Shown: piece after piece, positions 1 through 11,700 of the stretch | Layout: each line of letters opens with the position of its first letter | Position numbering within the stretch: the first letter of the stretch is position 1 | Assembly: GCA_013265495.1 (NCBI GenBank) | Contig: MU058018.1 | Coordinates: forward strand, 72,033 to 118,459 | Length of the DNA: 46,427 bases | DNA from: Vicugna vicugna | Lineage: Eukaryota | Reading direction: 5' to 3' | The notes under the pieces: model-generated | Database searches by the model: none | Seen by the model: only the letters and a program-made list of their open reading frames with translations | Told to the model about the DNA's origin: nothing | Translations under genes and position numbers: made by a program

Positions 1-781
1 AATATATAAGCAGCTCATACGACTCAATAAGAAAAAAATAAACAACCCAATCCAAAAATTGGCAGAAGACCTAAACAAGCAATTCTCCAAGGAAGACATA
101 CAAATGATCAAAAAGCACATGAAAAAATGTTCAATATCACTAATTATCAGAGATAATACAGAGATACAATGAGGTATCACCTCACACCAGTCAGAATGGC
201 TGTCATTCAAAAATCCACAAATGACAAATGCTGGAGAGGCTGTGGAGAAAGGGGAACCCTCCTACACTGCTGGTGGGAATGCAGTTTGGTGCAGCCACTA
301 TGGAAAACAGTGTGGAGATTCCTCAAAAGACTAGGAATAGACTTACCGTATGACCCAGGAATCCCACTCCTGGGCTTATATCCAGAAGGAACCCTACTTC
401 AGGATGACACCTGCACCCCAGTGTTCATAGCAGCACTATTTACAATAGCCAAAACATGGAAACAGCCTAAATGTCCATCAACAGGTGACTGGATAAAGAA
501 GAAGTGGTATATTTATACAATGGAATACTACTCAGCCATAAAAGCCGACAACATAACGCCATTTGCAGCAACATGGATGCTCCTAGAGAATGTCATTCTA
601 AGTGAAGTAAGCCAGAAAGAGAAAGAAAAATACCATATGAGATCGCTCATAGGTGGAATCTAAAAAACAAAAACAAACAAACAAACAAAAACAAAGCATA
701 AATACAGGACAGAAATAGACTCATGGACAGAGAATACAGACTTGTGGTTACCAGGGGGGGTAGAGGGTGGGGAAAAAAAAA
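1..781 (+). mobile_element. LINE-1 3' portion (ORF2 C-terminus plus partial 3'UTR), running off the left edge of the window
   Basis: Frame 2 from nt 2 reads [50 protein letters not shown], and ORF 169-663 continues with typical L1 ORF2 C-terminal sequence. An A-rich 3'UTR start, a G-rich tract and A9 (773-781) follow. Confidence 0.97.
2..663 (+). pseudogene. L1 ORF2p C-terminal domain with CCHC zinc knuckle, frameshifted at ~152-168
   Basis: The C-x3-C-x7-H-x4-C motif [18 protein letters not shown] and motifs [32 protein letters not shown] and WYIYTMEYYSAIK are present. The upstream part is in frame 2 and the downstream part in frame 1. Confidence 0.93.
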
Positions 782-1264
782 GGATATGATGCCAAACCTT
801 TCTTTGCTTCCTCTAACCAGAAAATATTCCATCCCTTTAGGATCCTTTTCAGGTGGCCGACAGGAGTCTCTTCTCTCCCTGGCTGTCCTCTCCCCCTTTT
901 CTTTCTGCCCGCATTTTTCTGGGTCTTGTCAACCTTTCTTTATCTTTCTGCAAGTTACTAGTGCCAGTCTGGGAGGATGGTGCTAGATCCTCACTGGCCT
1001 TCATACAAGGAAGCTGTGGTCCTTCAGATTGTCCAGCAGGGAAAAGCTACAACATAAGTCTTTATTAGCATATTTCTGCACCAAGACTCCCCATACTCTC
1101 CCGTGAAGTTCACACAATTGTTCCAGCATTAATGGGCAAAGTCCGGCAACATGAAAAAATGAACGTGCTTGTGAATTCTGCAGTCATGCTGCCTGAGTTT
1201 GAAACATGACTCTGACGATGTTGGTTGAGGATTAAATTAATTGATAATATGTGTTAGAAGCAAG

Positions 1265-1711
1265 TGTTGCCGATAGACGCAACCGGTGTTCCAGGTTCTT
1301 GTCCCGTCCCAGAAAGAATTCAGAGACAAGACGTCTCTGGTGGTTAAAAAGGTAAAGTGAGGATTTATTAGAGAATGGGTAGTACACTCTCAGGGGAGAG
1401 CGGGCAGGCTCAGGTGAGCGGCTGCCCTGAGTTTCTTTGGCAAGTTAGCTACACAGGGTGTAAAAATGAATGGGCGGAATATTCACTGGGGAGGGAAGGG
1501 TTTGGGGTCGTACTCCCTGATTGTCATCCCAACTCCACCATCCCAAAGGGAGGAGGGATTTTTGTCCTTATTTAGTCTGGACAGGAAGTGTGATGGCGTC
1601 GGTGCATGATGGGTACTTCTGATCTGCAAGGCTAATTTGCCCAATTCCTGCCATTTGCTCTGTGTCCTCCTTTCTCTGCTCATATCTAGTAGCTAGCTGC
1701 CTGCTCTAACA
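1265..1711 (-). mobile_element. Solo LTR, ERV1 class, probably young
   Basis: TGTT...AACA termini, perfect 4 bp TSD CAAG (1261-1264 and 1712-1715), minus-strand AATAAA at 1364-1369, 447 bp long, CpGs retained. Confidence 0.88.
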
Positions 1712-2392
1712 CAAGGACAAAATGAAAAGCAAACAGTGGAAGGGGAACTGCCAGCCTCCTGCCCTAGGAAGGTAAGTCAGTAGCTCTGGAAACCCAGCGG
1801 GTCGGCACGCTGGCTTTGGCCCTGCTCCCCTGTCCTGCTGCCTGTGCTCCCAGATCCGGTTTTGTCTGGGAGAAAGTCCTGCTCTCGTGGGCTCAGAAAG
1901 ATGCCCCCAGGACTGACGCCGCAAGACATCTGCCCTGGCAGACTGGTACAGCCTTCTCCGGCCGTGTCAAGGTGAAGAGCTAGCTCTCTTTCTCTCTCCA
2001 ACCCTGTTTTCCTCTCCAGGTGGGTAGGTCCTTTTCCCATGACGGAGTCTGACAAGTTCTGAGAGCCCAGGAGAGCGGCCTCTGAAGGCTCACCCCCGCA
2101 TCGTGCTGGAATTTCCTATTGCTTTTCTTGTGTCTCTGACGCTAGTAGGTGGAGGCTTTGCTTGACCATTTTGCCAGCTGAGGTTGAATCAACCAACTTC
2201 TATTTCAGTTCTGTGGACCTCAGGGAGTATTCCCGTGTGTCCCTGTGCATGTGTGGTTTCCTCATCCAGGGATGTTTAACAGAACCATCACACATCCTGG
2301 CCACAAGAATCTAAGGACCCATGTCATCACTGCTGGTGAAGCGCCACTGGGTTTACCCAGTTAATGGGAGAGCATTTCCACTAACCTAGTAT

Positions 2393-2862
2393 TGTAATGG
2401 AGCAGGACCCTGCGGGGCCTGCCAGGCACAGACCCCTCCCCCATGCCCTCTGCTGCAGCCCCTCTCTGAAGTACCAGATAATAGCATCTCATGCATATCT
2501 CCTGGGTTTTTCAGATGTTAAAACCACCACCAAAGGGAAGAACTTAACTACTTGATGATCGTGAGCACTTGACCCCACACCTTCTGATGCCTAAGGGTCG
2601 ATAGTGTTGACCACCCTGTGCCCTTAACATCAACCAGTCAGAATTGTTCATAAACTGATCAATTCACCTGGACCCCCACCCACAACTGGCCTTTAAACAT
2701 GCTTTGCTGAAACCCTCCTGGGAGTTCAGGGTTTTCTTGGGCATAACTCACCTGGTCCTCCTTGCTGGGCCCTACAGTAAGCCTTTCTCTGCTCCAAAAT
2801 CCAGTGTTTGGGTTTCTTTGGCCTCAGGCTCGGTCGGGCACATGAACTCGCGTTCAGTAACA
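2393..2862 (+). mobile_element. Solo LTR, ERV1 class, older
   Basis: TGTAA...TAACA termini, 470 bp, flanks GTAT/GTAA (3 of 4 TSD match), TATA-like TTTAAA at ~2692 and a decayed polyA signal (cagtaagcc) at ~2775. Confidence 0.75.
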
Positions 2863-3334
2863 GTAAGAGGGATGGTATGGAAGCGGGGCTGTGTTGTCTG
2901 TCCCACCTCCTTTGGCTGGGTGAATGTTTCCAAAATTAGGACCCCATTCTCATTCTTTTGAAAACTCTTATTTATTTTTTTAAATCTTTCAGAAGTTTTG
3001 GAGTTCTCATTTGATTATTGCTTCCTTAAGGTAAGACAGTCACAATGCAGCCCTTAGCTAACTGCAACAGGTCCTACAAAAAACTGTGGCTAGGCATTTT
3101 TTTTCTTTTTTACTTACAGTCTATAGGAAAATATCACAAAGGGAGCTTCTCCTCCAGAGCAGCATGCATGTACAAGGCCACAGGGAGAACAGTGGAGAAA
3201 ATTTTCCTTCTGGAAAAGAATACTGTTTATCATCCTAGAAACCAAGATTTTAAAGAAATCAATCTCTAACACCTTCTTGCACGAAAGAAAGGGCAGCAGA
3301 ACATCTTCGAAAGAACTTAATCTCAAACTAGTGG

Positions 3335-3500
3335 AAAATGGATTCAAATCTGTCTCTCCCATTTACTAGCTTCTCATCTTAGAATTATTTACCGTCTCTG
3401 AGTCTTTGTTTTCTCTTCTATAAAATGGGTATTCTGACTTCTACTTCATATGATTTTTGATATAATAAAATGGGAAAGCATATAAAACAGCTAATGAGTA
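3335..3500 (+). mobile_element. MIR SINE remnant
   Basis: ggattcaaatc...atttactagc...tctctgagtctttgttttctcttctataaaatggg resembles the MIR core. Confidence 0.75.
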
Positions 3501-4719
3501 TAGCGATCATCATAATAAACAACAAAAACCCACTTATTCTTCACAATGCTGAATTACATATACAACTGTATGTAATTTCCAAGAGTCAGTGTGGACTTTC
3601 CTACAAATTAAAAAAATCAATTTAATTCACTTCTCTGGAATATTTGAATAGAGCTTCTCTAAAGGAATCCAAAAATTTCTTCAAGAGCCATATCTGAAGA
3701 AATTAGATGATTTATTTAGCATCTCAGCCTAGATTTCCATTCTCCAAAATGAAGAACCACAAAAGATTATGCTATTCCTGTAGCTGCACAGTTAGTACCC
3801 ACTGAAAGTGTTTGCACCGTACTCTATAATAAATGCATTTTTCTCTTAGTTGCAAAAGACTGTCTCCAAGAGGTTGTATGTTTTTCCAGATCATGAAAGT
3901 GTCAAAGTCAGTAATTGATATTATTAAATATGTTTACTGCTGATGCTGTGACACAGCTGAAATGTGCTTGCTTTTCTACGCTGAAAATTGATGGGATATT
4001 GAATCTGATTTCCCCTCTACAGTGGATGTCAGCAAAACTTCAACATGTGAACCAAAGAAAGCAGAAACAGTTGATAAATGTTCTTCATGAATCAGTCTCA
4101 GAAATGAGAGCAAATCAAATGCCTGTGGGAACCTGAGCCACAGTTTCAGGCAGAGTCTGTGCAAAAAGCGGCGGCTCAGAGCAGCTGAGGTTTATCTGCA
4201 GAATGAGGCAAAGCCTGCGGGGCCAGAGGAACTGGCTCTGAGCCTTACCCTCTGACCAGGGTTTGCTTGGGTCTTTGGTCTGTGCTTTTGGCCGTTATCC
4301 TAGAAGGCACACATTTTGTCTGTTTTGGAAAGGTGACTTTTTCTTCCCCACTATACTGGAACAGTGGTCAAGAATGCCAGAGAAAAATATTCTGGCACAT
4401 TGACTAGAAAAACATCATTTTGTAAAATTCTGGCCAGAAAATGAATTTTCTGTTGGAAAAAATATAAAATGGACCATTTTTTACTTATACGCTGCATTGT
4501 ATCTAATGCATTATTTAGGCAAAGATTTATAAATTGATATCAAAATGTGAATTCCACCATGGCTAAGCCCAGGGCTTATTCTCTTCCGAAAGAAATAGGT
4601 GTGTCCAATGTTTTCTATTTCATAATTTTGGTTTTCAGTCCATTGTGCATATTAGGTTATTTCCATGAAGCACACACATTTACATCCATATTTGTAATAT
4701 CACTAATGCGCTAGCAAAA

Positions 4720-4915
4720 TAATGTACTCTCATATGCTTCATTTTATTTAAACTTTATAACAGCTTTGTGACCCGTGTAGTGTGGCATTTTAATCCCCAT
4801 TTTACATATTAGGGCACTAAGACTCAGGGTAGGGAAATGGCTGGTTCAGTGTCCGATAGTTAATAAGTATCTCAATGATGGCTCTGTCTCCTCTCTTCTG
4901 ATTCTAAGCTGAGTG
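4720..4915 (-). mobile_element. MIR SINE remnant
   Basis: atccccattttacatattagggcactaagactcagg resembles the reverse-complement MIR core. Confidence 0.7.
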
Positions 4916-5584
4916 GTTTTTGTTTTATGGTTTAGTATATCAGAGCACCTTTCCTGCTTGCTTTGTATCCTTTACCAACATAACTCAAAATAGGTCAAAC
5001 TACCCACATTTTCCCATCTATTATTTCATTCATTAGACACGATTGATGTTAAGGTCTGCATGGCTCCCTGAGCAAGGGCGAGGAGTGTTAGACCTGGAAG
5101 ATGTTAGTGCTGATGTCATTCAACCCCGTACCATGTCTGCCAAAACCTTTGTTCCCCTGTACCTTCTATAAGCTTGGAAGACCTTCTCCATTGTTCCTAT
5201 TCTAAGATTACCAGTGTGTCAATTTCTCACTTTACTCATGAGGTTTAGTCTCTGGATCTGTTGCCAACTTTTCAAGGAAGGTGTCGAACAAATCAACGGG
5301 ATCACTGAGCATATGTTATAAATGGACCAACTACAAAGGTGTGGGCAGGGCTAAGAGAAAACAATTAAGAGGTAGGGCAGTATCTGGAAGTCACTATCTC
5401 TGTAGGCCTGAAGGAGCCAGGAGAGGGAGCAGATCCTGGAACCCAGAGAGAACAGCTGGATGAACGGGCTGGGGTGGAATTGGCAAGAGTGGAGACAGGA
5501 AAACAAAAACACCAAACTCAGTTTCTTGTGAATTTCCTGTATCAAGCCACATGTCCCATTGTCTCAGACCAGATGGCATACTAG

Positions 5585-5900
5585 CCCAGGTGTATCTGAA
5601 ACAGAGCCTAAACGGACACACTCTTTGGGATGCAACCCTGTGGAAGCGGAGTTGAGGAAAGGGGGAGGGAAGCAATACAAGGAAAGCAAATATAACAACG
5701 CGCTTTACTGAGCTGGCCCCTTCTTCACCACAAGCAGATACCTTGGTTTCACAAAACATCTCCAGAAAAGTGATAGGAAGTTGGGATGTCTTTCAAGTAT
5801 TTGAGGGGCCGCATTGCCTATTCATGGCCTTATGAAGTGTTGACTCCCTTGATCTTCTGGATCATGTTATTAACGGACACTGAGTGGTCCTGTGGTGCTT
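5585..5900 (-). mobile_element. Old ERVL-class LTR remnant (LTR16-like)
   Basis: Weak resemblance (gaaacagagcct...ggagggaagcaatacaagg...gctttactgagctggcc) to recalled ERVL LTR consensus. Boundaries are uncertain. Confidence 0.35.
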
Positions 5901-6064
5901 CCCACTCAGCAGCAATGAGGAAGCATCAGGGCACAAGGGGAAAAAATGTGAAGCAGGAGCCAAGGTTCTGCAGGGTCATGCCTATTGGTGATCTGATCTG
6001 AAGGAATCCCCAGAACAGAGGCAGTCTCGGCCAGAAGTGGCAGGAAAGCTGTAGCTCCACAAAC

Positions 6065-6734
6065 TTCAAAACACTGTGAGCCCTGCTGGGGCTGCATCAG
6101 TCAGAGAGCAGGCCAGGTGATGGTGCAGATCTAAGCACGCACAAACTCGGCGCGGAGCAGAGGACCAGAGTGCTTATAAAGGTCAGCCTCACAGGGCACA
6201 GAGAGAAGGCAGAAACTGGTGGAGGAGAGAAGCGGGTCTGGTGCAGCAAACAGAAAATGTGCATCGTGTATATACAAAATGGGAAGAAGCTTCTACAAAA
6301 TGGCCATGCTCTCTTCAGCAACACTACGTCTCCAAACTTTATTCTTTTCAGATTCCTAGATTCCTTTATATTCTTTTACATTCCTAAGGCAAGACAGAAT
6401 TCAAAACACTGTGAGCCTTGCTGGGGCTGCATCAGTCAGAGAGCAGGCCAGGTGATGGTGCAGATCTAAGCACGCACAAACTCGGCACGGAGCAGAGGAC
6501 CAGAGTGCTTATAAAGGTCAGCCACACAGGGCACAGAGAGAAGGCAGGAACTGGTGGAGGAGAGAAGCGGGTCTGGCGCAGCAAACAGAAAATGTGCATC
6601 GTGTATATACAAAATGGGAAGAAGCTTCTACAAAATGGCCATGCTCTCTTCAGCAACACTACGTCTCCAAACTTGATTCTTTTCAGATTCCTAGATTCCT
6701 TTATATTCTTTTACATTCCTAAGGCAAGACAGAG
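6065..6734. repeat. Head-to-tail tandem duplication, 335 bp unit x2
   Basis: 6065-6399 versus 6400-6734, with 6 internal substitutions and no indels. Confidence 0.98.
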
Positions 6735-8394
6735 TGCTCTAATGGTGTAGTCTGATGGCTTTGTGTGTGGTCTTAGAAAATTTTATTCTGTCCCTTATCC
6801 TGGTTTAATTTCATTCAAACTCCTATAAGCCTGCATTTTCACTCATGGCTTCTCCTTACCATGCCAGGGAAACAAATGCCACATCTCTAGCCTTCCCCTT
6901 CCTGCAGAACTTACTTCTGGCCTCCTCACTTCAATCTCATCCCCAACTTGAAAGTCTTAGCAGTGTTAGGGATTTACACATTAATTTTTGTATTTAACTC
7001 TTTCTGATATACTGTATCATTATTGATATTTAACCCAATAATTTTTTTCTCTTTGGTAATAATAATAAATTTTAATTTTAATCACTAGTTAAAGAGAATA
7101 TCATCTCCCCTCCTCAATACTGTAAAAACTAACCTGATCTAGAAGTGCATTTGCATTTATTAATGTCAAACATCATCTAGTTATTCATAATTGTGATTGG
7201 AACCACATGAAAAAAAGAAGAAGGAAAAAAGGGTTTGCCTGCCTCAGCTGTCTAAATTCGACTAACAATTAATATTTGCAGGTGCTGGGAAATTTACTTA
7301 GACGGCTGATCCCAGGGCACACCTTGATCTACCCTTGAGGTGTGGCATTAGGCCTCCAAGTCTATAACTCAGAAAGGAGTTCTTGTGCAGGTGCAAAAAG
7401 AATCCACGGATGAATTGCCAAGTGCCTAGTGTTGTACTCCTCCGATTCTGAAGACGATGTCATTGGCCTGGTTTGTGTTAACTTTTGATAAGATTTAATT
7501 AGAAATAAAGACTAGAAAAAATATTAAAGAAACAAAGAATTTTTTTAATCAGTAAGGTCTTAGAAAATCATAAATTATTCTGGTGTCTCCCCCCCCACTT
7601 GTAGTTCCACCCTTGCCAAGTTGTATATATCAAGCTACCTTTGCAAAGTTGTACATAAAATTCCATCCATGTGATTTAATCTTCTGTAGACAGGAGGAGA
7701 TAGAGCACGTAAATGTTTTTCACCAAAATGTTCTTTTTGTTTAAGTGATGGGAGAGAGAGGAATGTCTGTAAATGAGGAGATTTCAAGAGGCTCAGTTCC
7801 TACTTGTAAAGTGGTGTGTGTGACAATCACCCTGGCAACAACCCTAATAGCTAAACACATAATAATAATTTCTTCACAGTAAGGAGAGAAAATAAGCACT
7901 TAACTCTGGAGCTAATATTATTTTGGAATAGTTTAAAGAGTATAATTTTGGAAGGGAAGGGCACATTTTTGTCAATTTCTTTGTCTTTTGACATTTAACT
8001 TAGAGGTTGGGGGTAGATGGTATAAATTACCAGGATCTGAGTTCTGGAACAGGGCCTAGACCCCAAATGTGTTGTATGTCTACCAAGCCCTCAGTTTTGT
8101 TTTGTTTCTTTGGCCGTGCCATACATTCTGAGGCCTAAGATGGTTTGGGATTTTTTTTTTAATTTGTTTATTTCTCTACTTTAGAACTGCAGTTTTTAAG
8201 AGTGTTGTAGGGTGAACATTATTATTTCAATGAAAATTTTTCAATACTACCCTAGTCTAGATTTCTTTTTTCTAAGGCCAGTAAATAAATTTAAAAAAAA
8301 AACTGAAATTCCTTCAAAAATACATTAACAGTGAGTTGGATTATACTGCTAGATGGATCCTTTAGGATAAAAACATAATATTTTAGATCTTCCT

Positions 8395-8530
8395 TGTTTT
8401 TATTGATAAAAAAATTAAGGCTTAGTGATGCCAATTAAATAAGGCAAGAACACCATTAACAAATCAAGAAATTAGAATGGAACCAAGGTAATTTGCTTCT
8501 AAATCCAGTACCTTTCTTTCACTATTCCAT
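8395..8530 (-). mobile_element. MIR-family remnant
   Basis: ttttattgataaaaaaattaaggcttagtga...gcttctaaatccagtacctttc resembles reverse MIR. Confidence 0.5.
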
Positions 8531-8558
8531 TCTGGTGGACTCCACCTGGATTATAAAC

Positions 8559-8736
8559 CAGTGTTTTCAAAATATAGACCCCAGGTTCATCTGCATCTTC
8601 TATGATGCTTTTCAGGATGTAGCTTCAGATCCACCTCTTGAGATTGATTCTGTAGACGTGAAATAAGGCACTAGTGTCTGCATTTGTAACAGCCACCCAG
8701 GGGATCTAATGCACACTGACATCTAAGAGCACCGCC
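8559..8736. mobile_element. MER5A-like hAT-Charlie non-autonomous element
   Basis: Termini cagtgttttcaaa...taagagcaccg and internal tctgcatttgtaacagccacccaggggatctaatgcacac. Confidence 0.7.
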
Positions 8737-11700
8737 AACCATGTGGTCGCCGTGCAGACACTTCATCGGTGCTGTCCACTGGCTTCCCATACATCTCCGT
8801 GAGAGCAGACCAAGAGTCCAACCAGAGGCTGATACTGAGCCTCTGACAGAAATAAATAAATAAACACACACAAACAAACAAATAATGTATATGGTTTAAT
8901 TGATTTAGTCTGGGAAGCAATCGATGGAATATAGGATTTGGTTAACACAAATTAGCTCTCATCCTGAGAACGTCATGCACTAAGTCAAAATCAAAACTGT
9001 CGCATCTTACTTCTTTGGAGGTGCTGGCAACTAGCATTAAACAGGTTGAAGCAGATGTATTTCTCACTTGCCAGAAGCTGTACTCAGACAGCAATGGTCA
9101 GCTCCTCAAGGAGTTTTCAGCCAGTGACACTTAATTATATCTAGCCCCAAATTCAGAATTGGTGACATTCTGGGAAAGGACTATTGACTAGCTGAGAAAT
9201 GACACTGTTGAGGTTCAATATTAATCTTATGATCACCGGGAAAAAACTAGTACCTATTTATTTGTAAAAGTTTTGATGCAGTTTTCAAGTGACAATGTTC
9301 AGCAAGCATCGGAACAACATTTTTCATGTCAGATTTTGATTTTGTTTTGGTTTTAAGAGAGTGCGGGGTGGAGAAGATGGAGGGGTGCTTCATATTGAAG
9401 TTTGATTGGAAACAACCAAGTGCCCGCATGAGTCTACACACAAGACGAGGCCTCAAGTTTTCTCATTTCAAGCCTGAGTAGTTTGGGTCATCGGGAAGGC
9501 ATGTGGGCTGCAAGGCCACAGATTCCAGTCAGTGTCAGTTGCCTTTGTACAGGAGACAATCAAGCAGCAAGGCATACTGTAATTTTTATTTTATGTTTCA
9601 AAGGGTTCTTTCAAAAGATTGTATTCTTCCCTCACATTTTCCTTGCCACAGCTGGTGGCTTCTTCCTAAATGATATATTAGGGCCCATGAGCACTTGATG
9701 TCTGTCTTCTCTTACTTGACTGACATGATGTGTGTCAAAATGTAAACAGCCTAATGCAGAAAGCACATGAGTTCAAGGAGAAATTCTGAAACTGTTTCTG
9801 AAGTGACTCTGAAGGGCTGTGCTCTGAGAAATTTCAGCCTGTGACCTTCTAGCCTTCACTAATTCTAAGCTTGTGGATTTATAAGGTTGTGCTAATGGCC
9901 ACACTAATCTGTAGCCACTGGAAGGACCGAAGTGTTCTCTCCCCTACATGAATACAGAGCACTTTCTGCAGTGATTGGAAGCAGGTTATTCACAGCTTGC
10001 TAGAGTGAAATTGCATTTAAGCCCATTTCAGATTCTTTTACTGGTTATTAAAGAACAGTGCATTTCATTTTTAGCACCTTGCTCTAATGAGAGTTCTGTT
10101 GTTAATGAAAGCTTTAGGCATCCGTAATGCTGTCTGCCTCTGTCCAATATACAACTGGATGTAGTCTTGGAATGTTAGAGATGGCAGGAGGCTAGAGACA
10201 TAGGACCGTTTAGTTAGGTAGGCATGCCTTCACCCCAGTTTTCAGATGTGGTGTTCTCTCTGTAAGTAAATGTTAAGCAGCCACACATGACAACAGCTAA
10301 TCCTGTACTCACTCCTGTGATGCATCTGCAGAACCTCCACCTCTCCCCCTCAATCCCAATGCCATGGAGCATCCTGCTTTGATGATGGAGGTGGAGAAGT
10401 ATCTCATGCATCTTGGTGGAGGGAGTCAGACCCCCTTGGCAGGTCTTGTCTTAGAGTTTGTGATTCTTTCCCTCCTCTCTTACTTCCCATATTTACAGAG
10501 TGCCAGGTTTGTCCAGGTAGATTGCAAAGGATAGAAGTTTGGACCTGAGTAAGAAAATGCTGCTCTCAATGAATTAACGACTAAAGAGTTGTAATTGTGC
10601 ATCAATAACGTAAGGTAAATATTGAAAGAGATCTTGTGGGGATAGAAAGATGAGATTTCCTTACAGGCTGATGAAGTACCCCTGCCTGCTTCTCCAGCCG
10701 GGCGAAGGATTTCTCCTCCCTCCTCTCTTGCATGCCTACAATACCTCACAGCTAAGGGTCTGCCGCAGAGTGGTCCTCCTCTCCCAGACGTACCGTGGCA
10801 TTTCACACCTCTTACCCTTTACGAGTTTCATTTTTCCAGAGAATATTACATGATGTAATGGACAAAATGACTCCGATCAAGCATTCCCTTCACTGTTTCC
10901 CCACTCCTGGAAATACAAACACACCTCCCCAGACACACATCCCCACATTCTCTCAGTAACTCTCTTCTCTGTGGGACCATGATGTGTACACTGTGCGCAC
11001 AATGTACACTAGTCCAGTGTGCAGAAATATAGATCATTTTTTGACTTCATGATTCATTCTGGCTTTTTTTGAGTAAGTAATGTGATCTTTCAAGCCCAGC
11101 TCAAAATACATGGCTGATTAGTTTTCCCAGCCCAAGGAACTGTCTTTTTGTGTCATCGTGCACTTTACAGAGGCACATTCTTACTTTCTAAGCTCCTGGT
11201 TTCTAAATGACACGCCTAGGTATTCCTTCCATCAGGTGGGACCCACAGAATGGAGGCCGCCCCGGTGACCTGGTCCACATCGCAAATCGAAACCTAAATC
11301 ATCTGGCCTTCAGGGCAGAGGCCTCACTGTCAAGGAAACCTCACGTACACCAATTACAATCCTCCACCTCAGCTTTAGCGAGCTTATCTTACCCTGGAAA
11401 ATGGACCTGCTCACTTTATGAGGAAATCCCTGGCCTCCTAGCCAGTCACGCCTTGTCTGCGTATTGCCGCTTCCAGTGCTCTGTAAAATGTGCATCCCAA
11501 TCACATTGGGAACAGAGCCCCGCTGCTTGTAGAGCGCTCCACTCCCTCAGTGCGTGGGTTGTCCTACCTTGAATACGTGACATCAAACTTGTTACTGAAT
11601 TTTTTTATTTTTGTCACTTGATACTTGTCTCCTGTGGAAATATATGCACTTATTTCTGAATTTGTTTTTATTTATACATTTGCATATGATTGTATGTCTG

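Noticed and set aside
8769..8790. REST/RE1-like GGTGCTGTCCA, and TCAGCACC near 45725
   Set aside because: Each is only a half-site with no matching second half.
10484..10544. Minus-strand 61 nt exon-like segment with plausible AG and GT signals
   Set aside because: The open frames give no recognisable peptide and I see no partner exons. Such pseudo-exons are common.
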